Below the pieces are notes generated by a model. That model was not told the DNA's origin. It worked only from the letters and a program-made list of their open reading frames with translations, and made no database searches. A stretch of DNA of 64,000 bases, from positions 2,825 through 66,824 of the forward strand of contig PUMP01000048.1 in NCBI GenBank assembly GCA_003551425.1, in the 5' to 3' direction. Both the position numbers and the translations under genes were made by a program. The number at the start of each line of letters is the position of its first letter. Within the stretch, counting starts at the first letter, position 1. Shown here piece by piece: positions 17,728-27,451 of this stretch. This stretch comes from Candidatus Nealsonbacteria bacterium (lineage in GTDB: Bacteria; Patescibacteriota; Minisyncoccia; Minisyncoccales; PWPS01).

Positions 17728-19113
17728 TCAATCTTCAAGCTTTGATTTGAAGTAATCAATAATCTTACTTATATCCACCCTCTCTTGCTTCATGCTGTCT
17801 CGCTCTCTTATTGTCACGGTATTATCTTTTAAAGTATCGAAATCGACTGTTACGCAATAAGGTGTTCCTATCTCGTCTTGTCTGCGATATCTTTTACCGA
17901 TACTTCCGCTTACGTCAAATTCGCACATCCATTTCTCTTTTGTAGTTTTATAAATCTCTTGTGCTTTTTCCACCAATTCCGGCTTATTTTTAAGTAGCGG
18001 GAAAACGGCTATCTTGATTGGAGAAAGCCTCTTGTCTAATTTCAGAACTACTCTTTTTTCTCCTTCTACTTCTTCTTCCGTATAGGCGTTATCGATAAAC
18101 ATCAGTGTTATACGGCCTAATCCGGCGGAAGTTTCCATAATATGAGGAATAAACTTTTCTTCCGTCTTTTCGTCGGTATAGGTTAGGTCTGCTCCGGAGT
18201 GCTTTGAGTGTTGGGAAAGATCCCAGTCACCGCGAGTATGGACTCCTTCTACCTCTTTAAAGCTATTAAGGCAACTAAAATTGAATTCTATGTCATAAGC
18301 TTGGGAGGCGTAGTGAGCAAGAACGTTGTGCTTATACCAGCGTAGTTTTTCTTCCGGGATGCCGTATTCCAAATACCACTTCCATCGAAGATCTTTCCAC
18401 ATTTCGTATTTTTCATCCATTGCGTCGGGGTGCAAGAAATACTGCATCTCCATTTGTTCAAACTCTCTGGTCCTAAAAACAAATTGCCTCGCTACGATTT
18501 CATTGCGGAAGGCTTTTCCAACCTGAGCTATCCCGAAAGGGAGCTTCGGGTGCATGGAATTTAACATGTTTTTGTACTCCAGATATATCCCTCCACAAGT
18601 TTCCGGCCTTAAATAAACCACATTTTCTTCGGAAAGAGTGTCTACGGGAGAGCCCAAGTTTGATTTAATCATCAAAGAGAATTGCTTTGCATCTGTTAAA
18701 TTCTTGGAACCACAATTTATACACTTTATTTTTTCTTCCTCTTTTAGTTTATTAAGTTCTTTATTAATAAAATCGAGAGAAGCTTTATCCGCATCGATAT
18801 TAAACTCTTCCAAGATATGGTCCGCTCTCATGCGCTGCTTACAATCCCGACAATCCACTTGCGGATCATCGAAGCCCTCTACGTGTCCGGAAGCAACCCA
18901 GGTTGTCGGATGCATGAAGATGGCGCTATCAAGACCGTAAACATCGTCCCGGAGTTGTACCATGTGCTCCCACCATGCGTCACGAATATTATTTTTGAGC
19001 AATACGCCGTAATGACCGTAATCATAAATTGCGGCGAGCCCACCGTAAATCTCCGAAGAAGGGAATATAAATCCTTTTTTCTTGCAAAATGATGCCATTT
19101 TTTCCAAATTCAT
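17728..19113 (-). CDS. glyQS: glycine--tRNA ligase (homodimeric alpha2 type)
   Basis: SSEIYGGL, YLRPET, GKAFRNEI, FRTREFEQME, GSIGKRYRRQDEIGTP. Confidence 0.96.
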   Translation of the reverse strand: MNLEKMASFCKKKGFIFPSSEIYGGLAAIYDYGHYGVLLKNNIRDAWWEHMVQLRDDVYGLDSAIFMHPTTWVASGHVEGFDDPQVDCRDCKQRMRADHILEEFNIDADKASLDFINKELNKLKEEEKIKCINCGSKNLTDAKQFSLMIKSNLGSPVDTLSEENVVYLRPETCGGIYLEYKNMLNSMHPKLPFGIAQVGKAFRNEIVARQFVFRTREFEQMEMQYFLHPDAMDEKYEMWKDLRWKWYLEYGIPEEKLRWYKHNVLAHYASQAYDIEFNFSCLNSFKEVEGVHTRGDWDLSQHSKHSGADLTYTDEKTEEKFIPHIMETSAGLGRITLMFIDNAYTEEEVEGEKRVVLKLDKRLSPIKIAVFPLLKNKPELVEKAQEIYKTTKEKWMCEFDVSGSIGKRYRRQDEIGTPYCVTVDFDTLKDNTVTIRERDSMKQERVDISKIIDYFKSKLED

Positions 19114-19134
19114 ATTTTTTCTTTTATTAGTTTG

Positions 19135-19295
19135 TAATAAAAAACCTCGTTACAATAACCAAAACTTTTGGTCACTAGAACGAGATTTTTACCCGCGGTT
19201 CCATCTAGTTTGCCTTATTTTTTTAAATAAGACCGCCTCAATTTACCAGCCCGACCTTTTGGGTCACGAGGGGAGCCAATCTCCCTCAGACTGAT
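19135..19295 (-). ncRNA. glycine T-box riboswitch (transcription attenuator) with atypical short 5' domain
   Basis: Minus strand reads CTAGA-TGGAACC-GCGGG-TAAAAAT-CTCGT-TCTAG (antiterminator), overlapping a terminator that ends AACGAGG-TTTTTT, directly upstream of glyQS. Confidence 0.85.
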
Positions 19296-19391
19296 TTATA
19301 TACTTTTATTATAATAAAAAAGAAATTATTTTCAAGTCCCTTACAAGAGAGGGGGTTTACAGCATGTATTATCTTTGTTACCTTTAAAATC

Positions 19392-19399
19392 AAAGGTCG
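19392..19399 (+). promoter_or_regulatory. AAAGGTCG leader motif
   Basis: 7 nt after a TGtTACCTT -10-like box and 21 nt before the ATG at 19421. Confidence 0.7.
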
Positions 19400-19420
19400 A
19401 GAAAATCAATAAAGAAAAAA

Positions 19421-19798
19421 ATGTCAAAAAACATACTTATTGGAATAATTGTTGTTTTAGTGGTTGTTATCATAGCTTTTGTCGTTTTTGAAAGAGAAGA
19501 AGACCCTACCACTTTGGAAGAGGAAGATATTGTTGTTCCTGAAGAGGACGAGATGTTTCCTCCGGAAGAAGATATGCCGATAATGCAACTAACCGAAGAA
19601 GAGCTTTTAGACCTACAAGAAGTATTTGAAGAGGTTATTCCTGAAGAGGACCTTATGGCCGCAGAAGAGGATCCGGAACTGCAAGAAGCCATTATGAGGT
19701 TGGATGAGAAAATTATGGAACTTACAGCAGAGGAGCTTCGAGAGCTGACAGTGGAGAAAGTGGAAGAGATGTTCGAGGAAGCGAAAGAAGAAAACTAG
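19421..19798 (+). CDS. membrane-anchored acidic protein
   Basis: N-terminal TM followed by a Glu-rich region. Confidence 0.75.
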   Translation: MSKNILIGIIVVLVVVIIAFVVFEREEDPTTLEEEDIVVPEEDEMFPPEEDMPIMQLTEEELLDLQEVFEEVIPEEDLMAAEEDPELQEAIMRLDEKIMELTAEELRELTVEKVEEMFEEAKEEN

Positions 19799-19868
19799 CT
19801 TTTATTTTTATAATCAAATTGCCCGGGAGTTTCTCGGGCTTTTGTTTTATGATAAAATAAAAGATACT

Positions 19869-20312
19869 ATGAAAATAAAGAATAAGACATTAGAATTTCA
19901 AACGGAAAAGATTTTTTATTTCATTGATTTTACAAGCGAAGCGGAAAAGTTTTTAGATAGTTGTGACATAGAAAACGGATTTTTAAATGTGCAGATTATG
20001 CATACTTCTGCCGGTCTTGTCCTTAACGAAAACGAGCCCTTTCTTCTTGAGGATATAAGAGATCACCTTGAAAAGTCCGCTCCAAGATCAAGGGACTATA
20101 AGCATAATAATCTTGAGGAAAGAACCGTTAACGTTTGTGAGAACGAGTGCGAAAACGGTCATTCGCACTGCAACGCTATTCAGTTGCCGGCCACAGTGAC
20201 ATTAAACGTGGTAGGAGGAAAATTACAATTGGGACAATGGCAGAGAATTATGCTTGTTGAACTTGATAGAGCGCGTCACAGAAAAGTGCAATTACAAATT
20301 ATTGGAGAATGA
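19869..20312 (+). CDS. yjbQ: YjbQ/UPF0047 family protein
   Basis: HTSAGLVLNE, NGHSH, LGQWQRIMLVELD. Confidence 0.88.
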   Translation: MKIKNKTLEFQTEKIFYFIDFTSEAEKFLDSCDIENGFLNVQIMHTSAGLVLNENEPFLLEDIRDHLEKSAPRSRDYKHNNLEERTVNVCENECENGHSHCNAIQLPATVTLNVVGGKLQLGQWQRIMLVELDRARHRKVQLQIIGE

Positions 20313-20719
20313 AAATGAAGTGGTTCATCTTGGCCTCTTTAATAATAATCGGTTTCTTTTTTTACAGAACAGGGCTTTATAAATTGCATACCGTTGAAGT
20401 TCCCGAAGTTCGAGAAGATAATCTTATTCATTTTTCAAAAGCCCCGGAAAATATTGGAGAGAGGTACTGGGTAAAAGGAGAGGTTGACCACGTGTTTAAA
20501 TCGGAAAGCAGTAATTATTTTATAAATTTCTGTGAAGTTTACAAAGACTGTCCTTTTTCCGGAGTAATATTCTCGGAACAATCTGCTAATTTTGAAGATA
20601 TTGAAAAGCATGAAGGAGAGTTTATTTATATATACGGATCAATCTCCACCTACGAGGACCGCCCCCAAATAATCATTGAAGATCCTGTGCAAATTAAGAA
20701 AAAGAGCTTGAAAAAATAA
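20309..20719 (+). CDS. membrane-anchored OB-fold protein
   Basis: N-terminal TM; VKGEV...FINF...FSGVIF...GSISTYEDRPQIIIEDPVQI OB-fold pattern. Confidence 0.7.
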   Translation: MKMKWFILASLIIIGFFFYRTGLYKLHTVEVPEVREDNLIHFSKAPENIGERYWVKGEVDHVFKSESSNYFINFCEVYKDCPFSGVIFSEQSANFEDIEKHEGEFIYIYGSISTYEDRPQIIIEDPVQIKKKSLKK

Positions 20720-20758
20720 CGCTTGGGAGTAATATAATAACGAGAACAATTTAAATAC

Positions 20759-21721
20759 ATGGAAAAAAGATATTCTTTTTACACTATAGCTTTTACTCTA
20801 ATTACCGTAATAGCCGTTATTGTAATTTTTGCCGGAAATTTATTAATCAACTACCAAGAAGAAAAGGTGGTAAGAGAGAAAGTGGAAACGGCATTGCAAG
20901 TAGCCCGAGCTGTTGATGGGATTAAGCGTTCTTCCATTACCGAATATCAACCGGGGGCAAGCCTATGGACTAAAACCGCCATTAAAGAGATATCCGGCCT
21001 TGATGACTTGCTTTATATACGAATAACAGGGAAGAGCGGAAAGATTTATCAGAGTAGCGTTACGGGAGAGGACGGAAAAACGGTTACAAACCCCAATGTT
21101 TTAAAGCTTCTTTCTGCGGATGATATTACGGTAACAGATTATATTTTTGAAAAAGAAGAGGCAAAATCAATTATTTATCCCGGAGATGAAAATAAAGTTA
21201 TTTGGATAGGTCTCTCCCTGCAAAGCGCGAAAGAAATATCTGCAGAGTCAAGGATATATGCTATTTTGATTGCGATCGGGGCTTTGCTTGCAATTACCCT
21301 TATCATCTTTTTTGTTTTTAGAAACAGCATCGTTATTCCTTTAAACAGAATCATTGATGCTTTCAAAGGAGCCAGAGAGGGAGATTTAAAGACAAGCATT
21401 AATATTGACTCAAAAACCGAGATAGCGGAGCTTACCGATAATTTTAATAAGATGATTAAAGACCTGGAGTATTATCAGCTTAACCTGGAAGAATCTAAAG
21501 ATGTCTTAGAAGTTAAGATAGAAGAGAAAACCAAAGAGTTAAGGGAATTGAACGAGAACCTTGAAAATAAGATTCAAGAGAGAACGGAAGAACTACAAAG
21601 CAAAGTTGACGAGCTGGAGAAGTTTCGCCGACTTACGGTGGGAAGGGAGTTGAAGATGAAAAAGATGAAAAGGATGATAGAAAAGATGAAAAAAATAATA
21701 AAGAAGCAAAAAAAGAAATAA
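20759..21721 (+). CDS. membrane sensor protein with HAMP domain and coiled coil, no kinase domain
   Basis: Two TMs flanking an extracytoplasmic domain; HAMP (PLNRI...GDL...EIAELTDNFNKM); S-helix ERTEEL; ends VGRELKM. Confidence 0.8.
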   Translation: MEKRYSFYTIAFTLITVIAVIVIFAGNLLINYQEEKVVREKVETALQVARAVDGIKRSSITEYQPGASLWTKTAIKEISGLDDLLYIRITGKSGKIYQSSVTGEDGKTVTNPNVLKLLSADDITVTDYIFEKEEAKSIIYPGDENKVIWIGLSLQSAKEISAESRIYAILIAIGALLAITLIIFFVFRNSIVIPLNRIIDAFKGAREGDLKTSINIDSKTEIAELTDNFNKMIKDLEYYQLNLEESKDVLEVKIEEKTKELRELNENLENKIQERTEELQSKVDELEKFRRLTVGRELKMKKMKRMIEKMKKIIKKQKKK

Positions 21722-21805
21722 TTCAAAGTAGTTAAACCCTCGGAATTATTTCCGAGGGTTTTTAAAGTAGTACCCAAACAGAAAATATTTTGTTATAATT
21801 AACAT

Positions 21806-22300
21806 ATGAAAAAAGTAATACAATATTATCATCCTGTTTTACGTAAAAAAGCAAAAAAGGTAGAAGATCACGAAAAGGTAAAACCTCTTATAGCTCAAAT
21901 GAAAGAAACTCTTAAGAAAGAAGAGGGGACTGGTCTTGCCGCACCTCAGGTTGGAGAATCGCTGAGAGTGATTATAGTAAACATGGATGATAATTTTTAC
22001 AGCTTTATTAATCCGGAGATAATAGAGGAAAGTGAAGAGAAAATAGTTGTAAGCGAGGGGTGTCTTAGCTTGAAAGGGCTTTATTTCGACGTAATGCGGA
22101 GTAAAGCGGTGAAAGCAAAGTTTTTAGATGAAGAGGGGAGAGAGAGGGAAATAAAAGCGGATGGTATGATGGCGATAGCGCTGCAGCATGAAATAGATCA
22201 TCTGGACGGAAAGCTTATTTTAGACAGAATGGGAATGATAAAAAAGATGTCTCTTCTTTTTCCTTTTTATTTTCGGAAATTATGCCCTTCAATGAGATAA
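21806..22300 (+). CDS. def: peptide deformylase
   Basis: GTGLAAPQVG, EGCLS, QHEIDHLDG. Confidence 0.95.
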   Translation: MKKVIQYYHPVLRKKAKKVEDHEKVKPLIAQMKETLKKEEGTGLAAPQVGESLRVIIVNMDDNFYSFINPEIIEESEEKIVVSEGCLSLKGLYFDVMRSKAVKAKFLDEEGREREIKADGMMAIALQHEIDHLDGKLILDRMGMIKKMSLLFPFYFRKLCPSMR

Positions 22301-22869
22301 GAAGCGAGAAGGTTAGGGAAGCGTTCAAGTACATTGACCGCAGTGATTTTGTTTCCGAAAAAGAGAAAGAGAGTGCTTACGAGGACATTCCTCTTTCCAT
22401 CGGATACGGACAGACTATATCTCAGCCACTAGTGGTTGCTTTTATGCTGGAAGCCCTTGATCCAAGAGAAGGGGACAAAGTATTGGATGTTGGTTTTGGT
22501 TCGGGATGGACAACAGCCCTTCTTGCTTTTATAATAGGCAGCGAAGGGAAGGTCATTGCGGTAGAGAAAATCCCGGAAGTTTATGAGTTCGGAAAGAAAA
22601 ATATCGAAAAATATAACTTTTTAAGGAGCGGAAGGGTGGAAGTCTTTTGCGGGGACGGCAAAGAAGGTAAAAAAGAGGAAGCTCCTTTTGACAGGATTTT
22701 GGTTTCTGCTTCTGCAAAAGATGACTTGCCCTCACCGTTAAAAGAACAGCTTAAAGTGGGAGGAAAAGCCGTTGTTCCGATAGGATCTTCCGTTTTTCTT
22801 TTTTCAAAAGAAGAAAAAGGATTTCAGAAAACGGAGTATCCCGGATTCTTGTTTGTTCCTCTTGTTTAA
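22282..22869 (+). CDS. pcm: protein-L-isoaspartate O-methyltransferase
   Basis: AYEDIPLSIGYGQTISQP, LDVGFGSGW, APFDRI, FVPL. Confidence 0.93.
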   Translation: MPFNEIRSEKVREAFKYIDRSDFVSEKEKESAYEDIPLSIGYGQTISQPLVVAFMLEALDPREGDKVLDVGFGSGWTTALLAFIIGSEGKVIAVEKIPEVYEFGKKNIEKYNFLRSGRVEVFCGDGKEGKKEEAPFDRILVSASAKDDLPSPLKEQLKVGGKAVVPIGSSVFLFSKEEKGFQKTEYPGFLFVPLV

Positions 22870-22872
22870 AAA

Positions 22873-23871
22873 ATGAGAAATCTTATCATAATCGCAATAG
22901 TTCTCTTTTCTCTTCTTTTTCTTTATTTGGGTTTTTATACAAGCCCGAAAGATTACGGAGAAAAAGAAATTTTTGTTGTTGAAAGCGGCGATGGTATCTT
23001 TGATATTTCGCGGAAATTGGAAGAGAAAGAGCTTGTCAGCTGCAGGTATCTTTTTGCCGCTTATGTGATTTTAAGAGGAGAAAGAAGAGACCTTAAGACA
23101 GGGATCTATGACATGCATTCGGGAATGAGTATTTCCCAAGTAACAGAAAAGCTTGTTGCCGGGAAAGTGAAAGAGGATTTTATTACCATCGTAGAAGGAT
23201 GGAATTTAAATGATATTGCTAAATATTTGGAAGAAAAAGGGTAAGGGAGTAAAGAAGAGTTTTACCGCCTTGCAGGAAGACCGCCAAGATACGAGGAACC
23301 ACAAAAGAGTGGAGAAATAAGAGAGGAATTTGCTTTTTTAAAAGAGAAGCCGGAAGATTTGCCTCTTGAGGGCTATCTTTTTCCCGACACCTATGCCGTA
23401 GCTGCCGGCGCGCAGATGGATGACATATTGAAATTATTTCTTGCAAATTTCAAAAAGAAAGCAGTAGAAGAGATAGGAGAAGAAGATATTTTTGAAACAA
23501 TTACAATCGCTTCTTTAATTGAAAAAGAAGTAATCAGTTATGAAGATAAAAGGTTGGTTTCCGGGATTATGAGAAATCGTCTTAAAATAGGAATGCCCTT
23601 ACAGATTGATGCCACTATCACTTATCTTACCGGAAGGAGAAGCGTTAATATTCCCATTTTGGAAACAAGAATAAAGTCTCCTTATAACACCTACGTAAAC
23701 ACCGGGCTTCCGATAGGACCTATCTCTAATCCGGGCATAGATAGTATAAGGGCGGCCATGGACCCGAAAGAAAACGATTATTTTTATTATCTGTCGAAGC
23801 CGACGGGAGAGACTGTTTTTAGCCGCACTCTGGAAGAACACAATTATGCAAAAAATAAATATTTAAGGTGA
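22873..23871 (+). pseudogene. mltG: endolytic transglycosylase MltG interrupted by one in-frame TAA
   Basis: The two ORFs are in the same frame, separated only by TAA at 23242-23244; the reading continues GSKEEFYRLAG...LEGYLFPDTY, IASLIEKE, LQIDAT, SPYNTY, GLPIGPISNPG. Confidence 0.85.
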
Positions 23872-23874
23872 TTT

Positions 23875-24399
23875 ATGAAAATAGCGGTAATTGTAGCATC
23901 AAAAGATTTTCGCGATGAAGAGTATTTCATCCCTTGTCAAGTATTCAAAGAGGAAGGAGCGGAGATCTCTGTTTTTAGTGATAAAAAAGGGCCTATTATA
24001 GGATCTTACGGAGGAGAAGCGGAAGCGGAATATACTTTAAAAGAATTTACTCCGAAGAGCTTTGCTGCAGTGGTTTTTATCGGTGGACCCGGGGCGATGA
24101 GATTTCTTGATAATAAGGAGGGTTATCAAATCGCAAGAGAAGCAAAAGAAACGGGTACGTTGCTTGCCGCAATTTGTATTAGTCCGCTTATCCTGGCAAG
24201 GGCGGGAGTGCTGAAGGGGGTTGAGGCGACGGTATGGAGTTCCTCTTTAGATCAAAGTCCGGTTAAAATTTTAAAAGAAAAAGGAGGGGTTTATAAAGGT
24301 GAAGCTGTTGTGCAGGATGGAAAGATTATTACTGCTAATGGCCCGGAGGCGGCGGAGGATTTTGCCAAGAAAATAATTAGTGTATTGACAAAAAAATAA
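23875..24399 (+). CDS. DJ-1/PfpI family protein
   Basis: FRDEEY, FIGGPG, AAICISP, IITANGP. Confidence 0.9.
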   Translation: MKIAVIVASKDFRDEEYFIPCQVFKEEGAEISVFSDKKGPIIGSYGGEAEAEYTLKEFTPKSFAAVVFIGGPGAMRFLDNKEGYQIAREAKETGTLLAAICISPLILARAGVLKGVEATVWSSSLDQSPVKILKEKGGVYKGEAVVQDGKIITANGPEAAEDFAKKIISVLTKK

Positions 24400-24420
24400 A
24401 AGTACTTATAATTCTAGTAG

Positions 24421-24523
24421 TAATCCGCAGACAGTGGGTAGTGTGAAAATCACGTAAACACCCGCCGAGGATGAGTTAAAGAATAATAATTCTTCTTGTC
24501 TGCGTAATAAAGCAGATTTTTTT
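24421..24523 (+). ncRNA. ribosomal protein L10 leader
   Basis: CCGCAGACAGTGGGT...CACCCGCCGAGG core directly upstream of rplJ, after a TTGACA/TATAAT promoter. Confidence 0.75.
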
Positions 24524-25039
24524 ATGACTATCACCAAAGAAAAGAAAAAAGACATAATAAAAGAGCTTAGAGAAAGCATTACAAAACAAAGCGGTATTTT
24601 CTTTGTTAACTTTAAAGGCATGAAAGGGGAGAGCGCTTATCAGTTTAGAAGCGAGCTTCAAGGGGTTAATGCAAAAATGATTGTGGCAAGAAAAACTTTG
24701 GTAAAAATTGCATTTGAAAAAGAAGGGATTGCTTTTGACCCCCAATCACTTGAAGGAGAAGTAGGCTTTGTTTTTGGTTACGAAAATGGAATTGACACAG
24801 TTAAAGTGGTTAATAAATTTGTTAAAGAAGAAGCAGTTACCCTTCTTGGCGGATTTTTTGAAGGGAAATTGTTAACTTTGGAAGAAGCAAAGAGCCTTGC
24901 CGAGCTTCCTTCCAGAGAAGAGCTTATGGCGAAGCTTCTTGGTACCATGGCAGCTCCTATGAGGGACTTCTTATGTGTACTGCAAGGCAATACAAAAGGT
25001 CTTCTTTATGTTTTAGCAAACGCTAAAGAAAAAAATTAA
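24524..25039 (+). CDS. rplJ: 50S ribosomal protein L10
   Basis: VARKTL, LAELPSREELMAKLLG; followed by rplL. Confidence 0.95.
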   Translation: MTITKEKKKDIIKELRESITKQSGIFFVNFKGMKGESAYQFRSELQGVNAKMIVARKTLVKIAFEKEGIAFDPQSLEGEVGFVFGYENGIDTVKVVNKFVKEEAVTLLGGFFEGKLLTLEEAKSLAELPSREELMAKLLGTMAAPMRDFLCVLQGNTKGLLYVLANAKEKN

Positions 25040-25051
25040 TTAATTAAAATT

Positions 25052-25468
25052 ATGGCAGAAGAAAAAAAAGAAGTAGAAGTTCCAAAAAAGTTTAAAGAGA
25101 TTGTAGAAAAAATAGAAAATCTTTCTGTTTTGGAGCTTTCCGAACTTGTAAAAATTTTAGAGGAAAAACTTGGTGTTTCAGCATCTGCTCCTGCGGCTGC
25201 CGCTCCTGCCGCCGCTGCTCCTGCAGCTGAAGAAGAAAAAGCGGAGAAGAGCGATTATAACATTGAGTTGAAGGGAGTTGGAGACAACAAGATCGAAGTA
25301 ATCAAGGCGGTGAGAACAATTACAGGAAAAGGATTGAAAGAAGCAAAAGACTTGGTGGACGCTGCAGCGAACGAACCACAAGTCATAAAAGAAGGAGTTC
25401 CTGCGGAGGAAGCAAAAGAAGCGGAGAAAAGCTTAAAAGAGGCCGGAGCACAAGCAGAATTAAAGTAA
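25052..25468 (+). CDS. rplL: 50S ribosomal protein L7/L12
   Basis: [11 protein letters not shown], Ala-rich hinge, [18 protein letters not shown]. Confidence 0.97.
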   Translation: MAEEKKEVEVPKKFKEIVEKIENLSVLELSELVKILEEKLGVSASAPAAAAPAAAAPAAEEEKAEKSDYNIELKGVGDNKIEVIKAVRTITGKGLKEAKDLVDAAANEPQVIKEGVPAEEAKEAEKSLKEAGAQAELK

Positions 25469-27259
25469 TTAAAATTCTATTGAGTATACCTCTTGGCCAT
25501 CCAGGAGGTATATTTTTTCTTGATCCGAAGAGATAGCGATATCCTTCGGATTTTGCATTCCCGGGATATAGAGCTGTCTTTTAACGTCTCCCTCTTTATT
25601 TGCGATAATAATTCTTTTTTCTTTAGAGTCCAAGAAAAAGACAGGAGTATCGGAAAAAGTTTCCATTTTATTTGCCCTGAAGGAAGGGAAGACGAGATAA
25701 TTGATTTCTTCTTCATATTTTCCTCTGTAATAACGGTGTATCTTGTTATCTTTATCAAGAATAAAGATTGATCCGTCAATTGCTAATTGAAGAGCATTTT
25801 CGATTCTTTTTTCTCCTTTTTCTATCCACGTACCCGGATATTTATTGCGGTAAGAAAATATTTCACCGTTATTTTTCAGGAAGTAGGGGACTCCCAAGAA
25901 AGAAGAGAGTGATATATAAGAATGGTCGTCTTTAGCGATTTCGGAGATGGAAGGTGTCTCGTTTTCAAGAGAGAATAAGTAATTCGGGCTTGCAAAAAAC
26001 ATTGATCTGTTTAACGATGACGAAGAGAGATCCACTCCTTCTCCCGAAGGCAAAGAATAGCTATGCTCTTTGCCTGTTTTTAAATTTAGGCTAAGTATTT
26101 CCGGTGATTTTGATGTGAAAAAATAAAGAACTTCATTTGTAATAAGAATTCCTTCAGGATTTATCTCTTCTACTTTTTTAATCAGCTCAATGTCTTTTAC
26201 TTCTTCCCAGCCGGAAAGTGCTAGCAATTCATTTTCTAGCGAAATGTATCTTTCTTCAATTTGCTGATGGAGTTGTGTTCTTTTCTCTTTTAACTTTTCC
26301 AGCTCTGAGAGACTTTTTTTCAGCAAAAGAATATCTTCCTTTTCCTTGCCACGGGTAATATCTTCATCTATTTGAGAAATAATTTCTTTTTGCCTGCCTA
26401 TTCTTATATTATTTTCAACACTTATGACCAGATATCCTATGATGATAACTGCAAAAAGAAGCAAGAAGAGAGAGAGTGGCTTTCGATCAATACTGGGAAC
26501 TTTTATTTGAGGAAGACTGATTTTAGGTCTTTTTATTTTTGAAAAAGATGATGCGATCCCTTTAAAGAAACTTGGAAATGAGAATTTTTTTGTTTTTTTA
26601 TCTGATATTTTTTGCGATTCCTCTTTTAAGACTAAAGAATGATCCATAACTAAAGAAACACCGGAAGCTTCTGGAAATTTTTCTTTTTGCAGGGCAGAGA
26701 TTTTATCCATCACCTTTTCATTTAGAGGAGCTTTCATTATTTCTTGAAAAAGATTTCCTTTCTTGAAAGAGTCATAAATTTCCGGGGTTAAGATAAGTAA
26801 TTTATCTTTCTTTTTCATCTCTCCGGAAATTATATCTTGGAAAACATCACCCTCATTTTTACTTAATTCTTGGCAAATGTCTTTTATCTTACCCTCGCTA
26901 AGGAGAACAACCTTAACTTCTCCTATTTTGGCGATGTGAATGGAAAAGTTTTTAGAACACAAAAAAGCGATAAATAACTTTCCTTGATACTCTTTATTCT
27001 TTAAAAAGGAATTGACCTCTTTTAGGGTTTCGCTTAACGCTTTGTCCGGGGAAAGAGAAGTGTTTTCGTAGTATCTTTCTTTTGCAATATGAAAAATGTT
27101 CTGCAAAAAAGGAGAATCGCTTTTACTCATTTCAAGCATTTCTCCTACCATGTAAAGCTTACCGAGTTTACGCTCATAAACGTTTTGAGGCTGATGGATA
27201 AAGCTTTCTGAGATTCTTCCGGATTTCTCCGGGTTAAAATAGAGTTCAAAAATTTGCAT
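25469..27259 (-). CDS. membrane protein: PP2C/SpoIIE-like N-terminal fold, TM, C-terminal beta-propeller-like domain
   Basis: Degenerate phosphatase-like pattern (GKLYMVGE, AKIGEVKVVL, DKLLILT), central TM, repeated beta segments (LAIDGSIFIL, DIAIS...IYLL). Confidence 0.6.
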   Translation of the reverse strand: MQIFELYFNPEKSGRISESFIHQPQNVYERKLGKLYMVGEMLEMSKSDSPFLQNIFHIAKERYYENTSLSPDKALSETLKEVNSFLKNKEYQGKLFIAFLCSKNFSIHIAKIGEVKVVLLSEGKIKDICQELSKNEGDVFQDIISGEMKKKDKLLILTPEIYDSFKKGNLFQEIMKAPLNEKVMDKISALQKEKFPEASGVSLVMDHSLVLKEESQKISDKKTKKFSFPSFFKGIASSFSKIKRPKISLPQIKVPSIDRKPLSLFLLLFAVIIIGYLVISVENNIRIGRQKEIISQIDEDITRGKEKEDILLLKKSLSELEKLKEKRTQLHQQIEERYISLENELLALSGWEEVKDIELIKKVEEINPEGILITNEVLYFFTSKSPEILSLNLKTGKEHSYSLPSGEGVDLSSSSLNRSMFFASPNYLFSLENETPSISEIAKDDHSYISLSSFLGVPYFLKNNGEIFSYRNKYPGTWIEKGEKRIENALQLAIDGSIFILDKDNKIHRYYRGKYEEEINYLVFPSFRANKMETFSDTPVFFLDSKEKRIIIANKEGDVKRQLYIPGMQNPKDIAISSDQEKIYLLDGQEVYSIEF

Positions 27260-27355
27260 ATTTTACAAAAGTTTTTTTTCATTATAAACCTTCTAGTTAA
27301 ATTAATCAATTCAAAATATTGATTTTTATTAATTTTTTATGTATACTTTAAAAAA

Positions 27356-27427
27356 GGACGATTAGCTCAATGGCAGAGCGCTTGCTTCACATGCAAGAGG
27401 CCGGAGGTTCGATACCTCCATCGTCCA
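27356..27427 (+). tRNA. tRNA-Val (CAC)
   Basis: Acceptor GGACGAT/ATCGTCC; anticodon arm CTTGC-TTCACAT-GCAAG; GGTTCGAT T-loop. Confidence 0.95.
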
Positions 27428-27451
27428 CCTCAATGAAAAGGAGGGTCTTAG

